A stretch of DNA of 64,000 bases, taken from NCBI RefSeq assembly GCF_028368995.1, contig NZ_JAQNDL010000001.1, forward strand, positions 1,888,001-1,952,000, given 5' to 3'. Below the pieces are notes generated by a model. The model had not been told where the DNA came from. It made no database searches and was given only the letters and a program-made list of their open reading frames with translations. Positions within the stretch are counted from its first letter, which is position 1; the number at the start of each line of letters is the position of its first letter. This document shows positions 22,498 to 32,342 of this stretch, piece after piece. Position numbers and translations under genes: made by a program. This stretch comes from Nannocystis bainbridge (GTDB lineage Bacteria; Myxococcota_A; Polyangia; Nannocystales; Nannocystaceae).

Positions 22498-23199
22498 ATG
22501 GACACGCGAGTCGACGAGGTGGCCGAGGGGATCTTCCGCCTGAACACCGAGGTCCCGGGCTTCAACTTCAATCAATACCTGGTCGTCGACGACGAGCCGC
22601 TGCTGTTCCACACCGGGCCGCGCGGGCTGTTCGACAGCGTGCGGGCCGCGATCGCCCGCGTCGTCGCGCTCGATCGACTGCGCTGGATCGGCTTCTCGCA
22701 CGTCGAGGCCGACGAGTGCGGCGCGCTCAACCAACTCCTGGCCGTCGCCCCGCACGCGGCGCCGGTGTGCAGCCAGGTCGCGGCCCTGGTCTCGATGACC
22801 GACCTCGCCGATCGTCCGCCGCGCGCCCTCGCCGACGGTGAATCGCTGACGCTCGGCCGCCACAGCGTCACCTGGCTCGACGCCCCGCACGTGCCGCACG
22901 GCTGGGAGTGCGGCTACCTGTTCGAGCGCGAGACCCGGACCCTGCTGTGCGGCGACCTCTTCACCCAGAGCGGCGGCTGCGACGTCCCGCTCACCGAGGG
23001 CGACATCCTCGGGCCCAGCGAGGCCTTCCGCGCCCAGATGGACTATTTCGCCCACGGCCGCCGCCAGAGCGCGATCCTCGAGCGCCTCGCCAGCACCGGG
23101 CCGACCACCCTCGCCTGCATGCACGGCAGCGCGTGGCAGGGCGACGGCGGCGCGCTGCTCCGCACCCTCGCCACCACGCTCGCCGGCGCCGCGCCTTGA
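22498..23199 (+). CDS. Metallo-beta-lactamase-fold protein (ODP/FprA-like di-iron domain)
   Basis: GGAGG RBS; SHVEADECG; PHVPHGWE; CGDLF; CMHG. Confidence 0.85.
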   Translation: MDTRVDEVAEGIFRLNTEVPGFNFNQYLVVDDEPLLFHTGPRGLFDSVRAAIARVVALDRLRWIGFSHVEADECGALNQLLAVAPHAAPVCSQVAALVSMTDLADRPPRALADGESLTLGRHSVTWLDAPHVPHGWECGYLFERETRTLLCGDLFTQSGGCDVPLTEGDILGPSEAFRAQMDYFAHGRRQSAILERLASTGPTTLACMHGSAWQGDGGALLRTLATTLAGAAP

Positions 23200-23209
23200 A
23201 GATCACAGG

Positions 23210-23237
23210 CCCCGCATGGCGAGCGCGCCATGCGGGG
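23210..23237. terminator. Hairpin between convergent genes
   Basis: CCCCGCATGGCG-AGCG-CGCCATGCGGGG, a 12-bp stem. Confidence 0.6.
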
Positions 23238-23252
23238 ATCCTGCCTCTCGTA

Positions 23253-24467
23253 TCAATCGTCGATCGCCTGATACGCCAGCGCCAGGAAATCACGGCACAC
23301 CGGCGGCGGCTGCGGCGACGACCACATGCATTGCGTCAGCAGCAGCGTGATCACGCCTTCCTGCGGATCGCTGCGCCACTGCGAGCCGAGCCCGCCGTCC
23401 CAGCCGTACTGCCCGATCGGCGCGTGGGCCTCGTCGCGGCGCGTCACCACCGACACCCCGAAGCCGTAGCCGCTCGCGGCGAAGTCCTCCGGCGAGAAGC
23501 CCGACTTGGCCTTTTGCGCCGGCGTCAGGTGATCGGTCGTCATCAGCTCGACCGACGGCCGCGACAGGATCCGCTGCCCTGCGAGCGTCCCGCCGGCCAA
23601 TAGCATGCGCGCGAACGCCAGATAATCGTCGACCGTCGACACCAGCCCGCTCGCCCCCGACGCGAACGCCGGCGCCCGGCTCCACTGCCCGCCGCGGCCC
23701 TCGTCGTACACCCCCAGCGTCCCGTCCGGCCCCGGCCAGTAGCTCGTCGCCAGGCGATCGATCTGCGCCTCCGGCACAAAGAACCCCGTGTCCTTCATCC
23801 CCAGCGGCGCGAAGATCCGCGCCTGCAGGAACTCGGCGAACGGCTGCCCCGACGCGCGCGCGATCAGGATCGACAGCAGCTCCGAGCCCATGTTGTAGAG
23901 CCACCGATCGCCCGGCTGGTACATCAGCGGCAGCCGCGAGAACTTCGCCAGCCACTCGTCCCCGGGCGGCACCTCCGCCGGCGCCGGCGGGCCCGCTCCG
24001 AGCCCCAGCGCCGCGGCTGCGCGCAGGATCGGGTACGCGTCCGGGCGCGCCATCAGCATCCCGAAGCCGAGCCTGAACGTCAGCAGGTCGCGGACCGTGA
24101 TCGGCCGCGCCGCGGCGACCGTGTCCTCGATCGGCCCGTCGATCGCCCGCAGCACCTGGCGCTCGGCCAGCTCGGGCATCCACGCGTCGACGGCGTCGTC
24201 GAGCCGCAGCTTGCACTCCTCCACCAGGATCATCGTCGCCACCGCGGTGATCGGCTTGGTCATCGAGCTGATGCGGAAGATGCTGTCGCGCCGGACCGGC
24301 GGCCCGCCCAGCGCCAGGGCCCCGAGCGCCAGGGTGTGCACCTCGTCGCCGTGGCTCACCACCGCCACCAGCCCCGGCACCTCGCCGCGCTCGACGTAGC
24401 CGGCCATCCCCTCGCGCACACGCTCGAGCCTGGTCTCCGAGAATTTTCTTCGGGTGTCTCGCTCCAT
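23253..24467 (-). CDS. Serine hydrolase, beta-lactamase-related family
   Basis: FRISSMTK (SxxK); QPGDRWLY; PLGMKDT; YGWDG. Confidence 0.9.
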   Translation of the reverse strand: MERDTRRKFSETRLERVREGMAGYVERGEVPGLVAVVSHGDEVHTLALGALALGGPPVRRDSIFRISSMTKPITAVATMILVEECKLRLDDAVDAWMPELAERQVLRAIDGPIEDTVAAARPITVRDLLTFRLGFGMLMARPDAYPILRAAAALGLGAGPPAPAEVPPGDEWLAKFSRLPLMYQPGDRWLYNMGSELLSILIARASGQPFAEFLQARIFAPLGMKDTGFFVPEAQIDRLATSYWPGPDGTLGVYDEGRGGQWSRAPAFASGASGLVSTVDDYLAFARMLLAGGTLAGQRILSRPSVELMTTDHLTPAQKAKSGFSPEDFAASGYGFGVSVVTRRDEAHAPIGQYGWDGGLGSQWRSDPQEGVITLLLTQCMWSSPQPPPVCRDFLALAYQAIDD

Positions 24468-24730
24468 TCGTCTCCTCGCCTTTCTTTGGCCTTGCAGGGG
24501 GTAGACCGCCGCCCGCCCCGAGACTCATCGGTGCGGCTCGCTCGCCAGGCATGACCTATCACACACACCTGCGACCCCGGCGGCGCTCCTGGACGCGACT
24601 GGCAACACGTTTCACGTGACTCGATGCGATTGGGCGACCGCCTCATCGGCGAGACACGGCGAGGAAGACGTCGAGCTTGCGCGCGGCGGATCCAACCGTC
24701 GCGCACTCGCTATGAGTCCACCGACCCTGA

Positions 24731-24770
24731 AACGTCATGACTTTCAGGACATGCTTTTTAAGACATGTCC
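24731..24770. repeat. 14-bp-period RGRCATGYCY array, 3 units
   Basis: CATG at 24736, 24750 and 24764. Confidence 0.75.
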
Positions 24771-24873
24771 TTTTCATCATCCCGGCCCCTCGCACGATCG
24801 CCGCTGCACCTTGCTCGCGCCTTCGCACGAGGAGCGTGGAGATCCGTGCGATCTCCCCGACACGCTTGCGAAT

Positions 24874-25125
24874 GGTGAGACGCGCTGCGCTGCCGGGCAG
24901 CCTCGCCAATCGCCGGGCTCCGCTCGATCCATCCCAGACATCCGAGAACACGACCCCCTGACGACCGATCCGGGAAAACGCCTGCAATCCCTCGATTACG
25001 GTGAGACGCGCTGCGTCGCTGGGCAGCCTCGCCAATCGCCGGACTCCGCTCGCTCGATCCACGCAGTGCTCGTGACACGCTACCCTGACGATCGAGGCGG
25101 TAACGCCTGCAAACCCCTCGACCAC
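24874..25125. repeat. Two-copy tandem repeat, 126-bp unit
   Basis: GGTGAGACGCGCTGCG...GGGCAGCCTCGCCAATCGCCGG...CCCTGACGA...AACGCCTGCAA at 24874 and 25000. Confidence 0.8.
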
Positions 25126-25455
25126 AAAACCCTCCGCGAACCGGATCCACATCGGCTCTCCCGGCAGCCGCGATCGCGGGCACCCGCCTCCCCGCGAATC
25201 AACGCTCCTCCGTACGGCTCGGACCCGCATCGCATCACCCACAGCCATGACTGCATGCATCGACCTTTGTCGGTCCGCGAATCACCCTCGACGGTCCGGC
25301 TCGCTCGGGAACGCGACGGCTCACCCCAATACGCCGTCCGCATGCGTGGATCGCCCGGCACCTGTCGGACCCGACATCGACGCACGCTCTCGCGCGCCGA
25401 TATTCAGCCTGGCTTGATCCGCGCCAGACCATGGTCGCGCGCTACAAACCTGGGC

Positions 25456-25674
25456 ATGCCTCAGTTCATCCTTGAAGATTTCAACCTGGAAAACGCCGAG
25501 CGGCGCCTCTGCCTCGAGGCGCTGGAGCGGGCCGGCAACATCGTCGGCGCCGCCAAACTCCTCGGTATCACCCGTCACGCCATGAAGCGGCGCATCATCA
25601 AGCTGCGCCTCGACTGGACCCGCGGCGCCGTCCCGCCGCGCGGCAGCGCCTCGGGCCCGACCGGAGTTTCGTGA
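25456..25674 (+). CDS. Stand-alone Fis-type (HTH_8) DNA-binding protein, 72 aa
   Basis: LENAERRLCLEALERAGNIVGAAKLLGITRHAMKRRI matches the Fis/NtrC C-terminal HTH. Confidence 0.8.
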   Translation: MPQFILEDFNLENAERRLCLEALERAGNIVGAAKLLGITRHAMKRRIIKLRLDWTRGAVPPRGSASGPTGVS

Positions 25675-26040
25675 GCCGTGGCGCGGTCGAATGCGCGCAC
25701 ACCGGCCGGTGCGCGCGATTCGTCCGCGTCGGGTTCTCGAGCCGTCGGAGCGCGAGGTCGCGCGCTTTTTATCCGCAATGCACGCGCCCCTCGACCTCCT
25801 CACTCGAGCGGCGCTGCCTTGCGAACGAAGCGCGAAGCCGAACCTTCCATACGCTCTCATTCACCGCGACCCCGTTCGCCGGGGACCGAACCACTTCAAT
25901 AGCAAAACTGCCGGCCACATCTCCGTGCCCAGCCGATTGCGACGACCGTGACGATCAGCGTACCCGATCGTCGCCGAAGTCCGAGTCCCCCAATGTCTAC
26001 CGGTCACCTCCATGCCTCGTATCCGGCCAATCCACAGCCT

Positions 26041-26558
26041 CGACTCCGGGCCTGGCTGCAGTTCGCCGAGTGTCGCGCGTACTTGAGAGCATCGTTCAAA
26101 ACATGCTCTTCAGGACATGTCCCGGCGCAGCGGCATCTTTCTCCGATCCCCGCCCTGTCTCGCCGCTCCCGGCGCCCGCGAGCCCCCGCCAAACCCCGCA
26201 CCGCCTGCGGCAGATACCATCGACTCCGGGCCTGACAGCAGCTCGCCGAGTGTCGCGCGTACTTGAGAGCATCGTTCAAAACATGCTCTTCAGGACATGT
26301 CCCGGCGCAGCCGCATCTTTCTCCGATCTCCGCCCTCACCGCTCCTGGCGCCCGCGAGCCCCCGCCAAGCCCCGCACCGCCTGCGGCGGAAATCACCGAC
26401 GCCGGGCCTGACAGCAGCTCGCCGAGTGTCGCGCGTACTTCAAGAGCATCGTTCAAAACATGCTCCTCAGGACATGTCCCGGCGCAGCCGCATCTTTCTC
26501 CGATCTCACCGCTCCCGGCGCCCGCGAGCCCCCGCCAAACCCCGCACCGCCTGCGGCA
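26041..26558. repeat. Three-copy tandem repeat, about 180-bp unit
   Basis: Units start at 26041, 26221 and about 26397; each contains GAGCATCGTTCAAAACATGCTCYTCAGGACATGTCCCGGCGCAG. Confidence 0.92.
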
Positions 26559-26596
26559 GGGTTGACAGACCGGGCGTTCCCCGGCAAAGCACGGGC

Positions 26597-27067
26597 ATGT
26601 CCGACGTTCGCCCGCCGCTGCCCCCGTTCACCGAAGAGACGGCCCGCCAGAAGGTCCGCGCCGCCGAGGACGCCTGGAACACCCGCGACCCCGAGCGCGT
26701 CGCCCGGGCCTACTCTGAAGACACCCGCTGGCGCAACCGCGCCGAGTTCCCGGTCGGCCGCGAGGAAGTGCGCCGGTTCCTCGAGCGCAAGTGGGCGCGC
26801 GAGCTCGACTACCGCCTGATCAAGGAGCTGTGGGCCTTCGCCGGCGACCGGATCGCCGTGCGCTTCGCCTATGAATGGCACGACGACTCCGGCCAGTGGT
26901 TCCGCAGCTACGGCAACGAGAACTGGCAGTTCGACGCCAGCGGCCTGATGACGCGGCGCCACGCCAGCATCAACGACCTGCCGATCGCCGCCGCCGATCG
27001 CAAATACCACTGGCCGCTCGGTCGCCGCCCCGACGACCACCCGGGCCTGTCCGACCTCGGCCTCTGA
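26597..27067 (+). CDS. DUF1348 / SnoaL-like (NTF2 fold) protein
   Basis: RPPLPPFT...[13 protein letters not shown]...WRNRAEF...[14 protein letters not shown]...RSYGNENW. Confidence 0.9.
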   Translation: MSDVRPPLPPFTEETARQKVRAAEDAWNTRDPERVARAYSEDTRWRNRAEFPVGREEVRRFLERKWARELDYRLIKELWAFAGDRIAVRFAYEWHDDSGQWFRSYGNENWQFDASGLMTRRHASINDLPIAAADRKYHWPLGRRPDDHPGLSDLGL

Positions 27068-27663
27068 CCCGGGGCATCGGTCGCGCGGCGGGCCACCTCA
27101 CCGCGCGACGATGCGAGCGGGGGTTCGGGGCGCCGCAGCGTCCGCGTGCCTCCGTCGGACTGCGACCGTCGAGGAGTCGCCTCGCTGCCCATCGACGGGC
27201 CGGACGGATCACCGGCCTGACGCGGCGCCTCGACCAGCGGCCGCCCACCTCGCCGCGGCCGCTCGCGTCCGGAGGCCTGGCCACGTGCTCCCGGAGGTCG
27301 AGCCGGCGCCCGCGCGACATCATCGTGGTGCACGCCGCGCAGAGCGGCCCGACCGCGAGGCTGTCGCCGACGCGTCGCCGCAGCGGCAGAGCGAGCTCCG
27401 CCTGCGCCATCGTCTGTCTCTTCGGTCATCTCATGACAACGCCGGCCCGGCGGGCGCGGCCATCGCACGCGCGCGGAGGCGGCCCCGCTTGAGCCGGTCT
27501 TGATCCGGCGCGCGCGACGGAGCGCCGCGAGCGGACCTGGCGCGGACCGGACCGCGCCGCGGTCCGGGCGGCGGAGTCGGGCGACGAACGGTTGCGGCGC
27601 GCGCTTTACCCTTATTTTAGGGTGCGGGCCCGGTCGGGCGCTCGTTATTGTTGGAGTGGTCTC

Positions 27664-30153
27664 GTGTCCACACTCCTCCCGCCAGAACCGTCCTCCTCCG
27701 TGTTCGCGGAGCTCGAGCGCGTCTCGCCGGTCCTGTTCTCGCTGCTCGAGAGCAGCCCCGATTACGTGACCATGGTCTCGCCCGAGGGCATCATTCGCTT
27801 CACCAACCGGATCTCCCCGCAGCACGCCACGATCGGCCTCATCGGCCGCAGCGTGTTCACCTATCTCGCCTCCGAATCACACGAGGCGGCCCGCGCCTGC
27901 TTTCGCCGGGTCGTCGACACCGCCGAGCCCGGCTTCTTCGAGGCGCTCGCCCCCGTCGGCGGCGAGCTCCGGCGCTACGACACCCGCGTCGGCCCGGTCC
28001 GGAGCGACGGTCGGGTCGTCGCCCTCACCCTCATCGCCAGCGACGTCACCGAGCGCGCGCGGATGGAGCAGCGGCTGCGCGAGCAGCGGGACACCCTCGA
28101 GTTCGCCGCCGCCGCCTCCGGCCTCGGGATGTGGCACCTCGACGTGCACACCCGCGAGCTCGTGTGGGACGCCGAGATGGTGCGGATCCACGGCCGCGGC
28201 GGCCCGCCCGCCGACTACGCCGAGGCGTGCGAATGGATCCACCCCGACGACCGCGCCCGCGTCGACGCCGACGTGCGCCGCAGCCTGATCGTCGGCAGCT
28301 TCCAGGACCTCGAGTACCGCATCGTGCGGGCCAACGGCGCGATCGCGTGGGTGCTCGCCCGCGGCCGGGTGCTGCGCGACGCCCACGGCCGGCCCACGCG
28401 CATGCTCGGCGGCGTCCTCGACATCAGCGAGCGCAAGCGCCAGGAAGAGGCCCTGCGCGCCAGCGAGGAGCGCTACCGGACCTCGATCGCCGCGCTCGAG
28501 GAGGGCATGGTGCTCCAGGGCCGCGACGGCACCATCCACACCTGCAACGCCAGCGCCGAGCGCCTGCTCGGCTTGACGCGCGACCAGATGCTCGGTCGCA
28601 CCTCGCTCGACCCGCGCTGGTATGCGGTCCACGAGGACGGCTCGCCGTTCCCGGGCGAGGCCCACCCCGCGACCGCCACCCTGCAGTCGGGCGAGCCGCT
28701 GTCGGGCGTCATCATGGGCGTGCACAAGCCCGACGGTCAGCTGACCTGGATCTCCATCAACTCGCGGCCGCTGTTCCTCGCCGGCACCCAGCAGCCCAGC
28801 GCCGTCGTCACCTCGTTCTTCGACATCACCGGGCGCAAGCACGCCGAGGCGGAGAACGAGCGGCTCTTGCGGGTCGAGCGGGCCGCCCGCCGCCGCGCCG
28901 TCCTGCTGTCCGAGGCCAGCAAACAGCTCGCGGCCTCGCTCGACGCCATCGACTCGCTCGCGGAGGTCGTCCGCCAATTCGTCCCCGCCGCCGCCGACCT
29001 CGCCGTCGTCGAGCTGCTCGACGAGCGCGGCGAGTTCGGCCCTTCGCACCCCGTCGCCGTCGCCGCCGGGGACCTCGAGCTCGAGGCGAGCTATCACGAG
29101 CTGGTGCGGCGGCGCTGCGACGCCCGCGGCGAGCTGCTCACGCTCGTGAAGCACGGCGAGGTGCGGTTCACGGTCGTGCAGTTCGACGGCCGGACCCCGG
29201 CGCTGCCGGGCATGCCGGGCGGCGAGCCCCTCACCGAGCGCCTGCGCTACCGCTCGACCGTGGTGGTGCCCTTGACGGCCCGTTCGGAGCGGCTCGGCGT
29301 CCTCGTGCTCGGCGCGAGCACGCGGGTCTTCGACGCCGACGACCTCGCGCTGGCCGAGGAGCTGGCGCTGCGGATCGCCCAGGCGCTCGACGTCGCCCGG
29401 CTCTACGGCGAGATGCAGACCGCGCTGCGCAAGCGCGACGAGTTCATCGCCGTCGCCTCGCACGAGCTGCGCACCCCGCTGACGCCGCTGATGCTGCAGC
29501 TCGGCCGGCTCGAGCAGCAGTGCCGCGAGCCCGGCCCGCTGCCCGCCGCGAACATCGCGCCCAAGGTGCACGCTCTCGTGCGCCAGGCCGAGCGGCTGCA
29601 CCGGCTCGTCGAGGGGCTCCTCGACGTCTCGACGATCACCGACGGGCGCTTCGACCTCGTCCCCGAGCGCCTCGACCTCGTCGCGCTCGTGCGCGAGACC
29701 ACCGACGGCTTCGCCGAGCAGCTCGCCCGCGCCGGCTGCCCGATCCACCTCGACATGCCGGCGTGCATCGAAGGTCACTGGGACCGCACCCGCGTCGAGC
29801 AGATCGTCCGCAACCTGCTGTCCAACGCCCTCAAGTACGGCGCCGGCAAGCCGATCGACATCGGCCTGGTGACCGGGCCCCAGCACGTGGTCCTGTCGGT
29901 GCGCGACCGCGGGATCGGCATCTCGCTCGCGGACCAGGCCCGCGTGTTCCAGCGGTTCGAGCGCGCGGTGTCCGGCCGCCACTACGGCGGCTTCGGCGTC
30001 GGCCTATGGGTCACGCGCCACGCCGCCGAGGCCATGGGCGGCTCGGTCAGCGTCGAGAGCGTGCCCGACGTGGGCTCGACCTTCCACGTCCGCCTGCCGC
30101 ACCACGCCCCGCCGGTCACCGCCATCGCCCTGCCCGCCGCACCGTCGCCCTGA
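27664..30153 (+). CDS. Cytoplasmic PAS-PAS-PAS-GAF sensor histidine kinase
   Basis: IHPDDR PAS motifs; GAF region; ASHELRTPL; NLLSNALKYG; DRGIG; GFGVGL. Confidence 0.92.
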   Translation: MSTLLPPEPSSSVFAELERVSPVLFSLLESSPDYVTMVSPEGIIRFTNRISPQHATIGLIGRSVFTYLASESHEAARACFRRVVDTAEPGFFEALAPVGGELRRYDTRVGPVRSDGRVVALTLIASDVTERARMEQRLREQRDTLEFAAAASGLGMWHLDVHTRELVWDAEMVRIHGRGGPPADYAEACEWIHPDDRARVDADVRRSLIVGSFQDLEYRIVRANGAIAWVLARGRVLRDAHGRPTRMLGGVLDISERKRQEEALRASEERYRTSIAALEEGMVLQGRDGTIHTCNASAERLLGLTRDQMLGRTSLDPRWYAVHEDGSPFPGEAHPATATLQSGEPLSGVIMGVHKPDGQLTWISINSRPLFLAGTQQPSAVVTSFFDITGRKHAEAENERLLRVERAARRRAVLLSEASKQLAASLDAIDSLAEVVRQFVPAAADLAVVELLDERGEFGPSHPVAVAAGDLELEASYHELVRRRCDARGELLTLVKHGEVRFTVVQFDGRTPALPGMPGGEPLTERLRYRSTVVVPLTARSERLGVLVLGASTRVFDADDLALAEELALRIAQALDVARLYGEMQTALRKRDEFIAVASHELRTPLTPLMLQLGRLEQQCREPGPLPAANIAPKVHALVRQAERLHRLVEGLLDVSTITDGRFDLVPERLDLVALVRETTDGFAEQLARAGCPIHLDMPACIEGHWDRTRVEQIVRNLLSNALKYGAGKPIDIGLVTGPQHVVLSVRDRGIGISLADQARVFQRFERAVSGRHYGGFGVGLWVTRHAAEAMGGSVSVESVPDVGSTFHVRLPHHAPPVTAIALPAAPSP

Positions 30154-30163
30154 CGCGATGCTC

Positions 30164-30412
30164 GAATCACCACACCCGCCTCGCATGGACGCGCCCGCCA
30201 ATCCCGACACCCCGCCTCCCCTCTGCCAGAGAATCACCCCACTCCCCCTCATCGCTCGGCCACGAATCGCTACACCACATCCTCGCTCTACCCTAGGATC
30301 ACCCCACTCCGCCTCCTCGCCCCGCCCACGAATCACTACACCCCGCCTCATTCTACCCGCGAATCACCACACTCCGCCGCCTCGCCGCGCCCGTGCCGGG
30401 CGGCGAATCACT
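30164..30412. repeat. Degenerate minisatellite (about 33-bp period), C-rich
   Basis: GAATCACYMCACYCC-like heads at 30164, 30199, 30231, 30264, 30296, 30330, 30361 and 30405. Confidence 0.75.
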
Positions 30413-32246
30413 CGACCCGCGACCGCCGCGACCACACCACCAGCGCCGCCGAGACCACCAGCGCCGCGATCGCCCCCACCCGCCCCTCGCCGGGCAGCGG
30501 GAACAGCACCCGCACCGCCCCGTAGAGCGCGAGGTACAGCGCCAGCCCGTCGCGCAGCACGTGCCCGAGCGCGCGCGCCAGCGCCTGCCGCGGAGCGCGT
30601 GGGTCCTCGCCCGCGGCGCTCGCCGTGCAGCCCCAGAAGCCTGGCGGGCGCGCGCGGCGGAAGAACTCGACCCGCGCCCCGACCTCCGTCGGCTTCGTGA
30701 ACAGGGCCACCAGGATCGTGACCGTCGTCGAGCTCACCGCCATCACAGCCAGGCGCCAGTGCGCGTCCTCGGACCACGCCAGCAGCGCGGGCGCCAGCAC
30801 CAGGCTGACCGCGATCGCCGCGAACTCGCACCACAGATTGATGCGCTCCCACAGCCAGCGCAGGATCAGCACGGCGCCGATCCCCGCCCCGAACAGCAGG
30901 CTCACGTGCCACGCCGACTGGATCGATCCCACCTTCGCCGCCAGGATCAACGCCACCACCAGCAGCCCCACGTTGGCCGCCCGGGCCACCCACACCAGCT
31001 CGCGGCCGGACGGCTTGCGCCCGCGCAGCGCCTCGCACCACAAGCGGCCGTAGACGTCGTGGCTCCAATAGCTCGCGCCCCAGTTGAGGTGCGTATCGAT
31101 CGTCGACGCCAGCGCCGCCAGCATCGCCACCAGCATCAGCCCGCGCGCCCCCGGCGACAGCAGCAGGTCGATGCCTTGCACGAACGTCTGCTCGCGCGCG
31201 GCGACATCGACCGGGCCTGGCCCCGGGGGCAGCAGCACCAGCAGCCCGAGCGCCGTGATCACCCAGGGCACGCTGCGGATCACGATCTGCAGCCACGCGA
31301 ACAGCAGCCCCGCGCGGCGGGCCTCGGTCTCGTCGGTGCAGGCCATGCAGCGCTGGGCCAGGTAGCCGGTGCCGTCGGCGCTGGCCTGGAACAGCCACGG
31401 CAGCACCAGCACCACCAGCAGCGCCGGGCCGATCTCCTCACCTGGCCAAAGGGACAGCCACGCCGTCGCCTGCGCCTCGCCGTGGTGGGCCACCAGCGCC
31501 GCGGTGATGCCCGACGGCCCGCCGGCCGCCACCAGCACCGCCCCGGCGTACAGCGCCGTGCCGATCAACATGATCGCCAGCTGGACCACGTCGGTCGCGA
31601 CCACCGCCCGCAGCCCGCCGGTCAGCGAGTACAGCGCCGTGAACCCGAGCAGCACGACGAGGCTCAGCAGCGCGTCGGCGCCGGCGACCTCGGGTGACGC
31701 CCCACCGACAGCCACGAACCCTCCGCCGAACGCCCCCACCAGCGTCACCCATGGCTGGAACCACGCCTCGGGCAGCCACGCGTGCCACGGCATGAACACC
31801 TCGGTGAAGCGGACCGCGCCGACGACCACCATCGCCAGGGCCGCCCCGTTGAGCACCCCGCCGTAGTAGAGCGCCTTGCAGGCGCGCAGCGCCAGCGCCC
31901 CGCGGCCGCCGTAGCGCAGCTCGACCAGCTCCGCGTCGGTCACCACCTGCGCCCGCCGCCACGGCCCGGCGAACACGTACGCCAGCAGCAGGAACGACAG
32001 CCCGTAGATCCACAGCAGCCACAGCTGCGACAGCCCGCCGGCCGCCACCAGCCCGGTGACGAGCAGCGGGGTGTCGGCGGCGAACTGCGTCGCGGCCATG
32101 CTCGCGCCCGCTTGCCAGCCGCGCAGGGTGCGGCCGGCCAGGAAGAACTCGCCGAGATCGCGCGAGGCCAGCCGGCGCGCCCGCAGGCCCGCGCTCACCG
32201 AGTAGGCGACGAAGGCGAGGACGAGGACGAGGTCGAGCACGCGCAC
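30408..32246 (-). CDS. Sodium:solute symporter family protein
   Basis: FFLAGR; SMAATQFAADTP; ELRYGG; GGLRAVVATD; GYLAQR; STIDTHLNWG. Confidence 0.9.
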   Translation of the reverse strand: MRVLDLVLVLAFVAYSVSAGLRARRLASRDLGEFFLAGRTLRGWQAGASMAATQFAADTPLLVTGLVAAGGLSQLWLLWIYGLSFLLLAYVFAGPWRRAQVVTDAELVELRYGGRGALALRACKALYYGGVLNGAALAMVVVGAVRFTEVFMPWHAWLPEAWFQPWVTLVGAFGGGFVAVGGASPEVAGADALLSLVVLLGFTALYSLTGGLRAVVATDVVQLAIMLIGTALYAGAVLVAAGGPSGITAALVAHHGEAQATAWLSLWPGEEIGPALLVVLVLPWLFQASADGTGYLAQRCMACTDETEARRAGLLFAWLQIVIRSVPWVITALGLLVLLPPGPGPVDVAAREQTFVQGIDLLLSPGARGLMLVAMLAALASTIDTHLNWGASYWSHDVYGRLWCEALRGRKPSGRELVWVARAANVGLLVVALILAAKVGSIQSAWHVSLLFGAGIGAVLILRWLWERINLWCEFAAIAVSLVLAPALLAWSEDAHWRLAVMAVSSTTVTILVALFTKPTEVGARVEFFRRARPPGFWGCTASAAGEDPRAPRQALARALGHVLRDGLALYLALYGAVRVLFPLPGEGRVGAIAALVVSAALVVWSRRSRVE

Positions 32247-32342
32247 GAGGGTTTGGTCCGGGCCGCCCGCCCGAGCAACCCGCTGCACACCGGACCAGCG
32301 CGCTGAGCCGCGGGCGCGAGTTGCGATACAGTCGCCGCGCGC

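Noticed and set aside
23210-23237. CATG pair 14 bp apart
   Set aside because: The flanks do not fit RGRCATGYCY; it is better explained as an ordinary hairpin between convergent genes.
22498-24467. Antibiotic-resistance beta-lactamases
   Set aside because: The MBL-fold protein has an HxExD di-iron motif, and the serine hydrolase lacks a signal peptide and looks esterase-like. Only fold similarity is supported.
24600-24616. Sigma-54 promoter-like TGGCAACACGTTTCA
   Set aside because: It lacks the invariant GC at -12.
26041-26558. CRISPR array or repeat-protein gene
   Set aside because: Whole units are duplicated with no unique spacers, and indels break the reading frame.
30164-30412. Possible CRISPR mini-array
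   Set aside because: The repeats are degenerate, the spacers are only about 13 nt and related to each other, and no cas genes are present.
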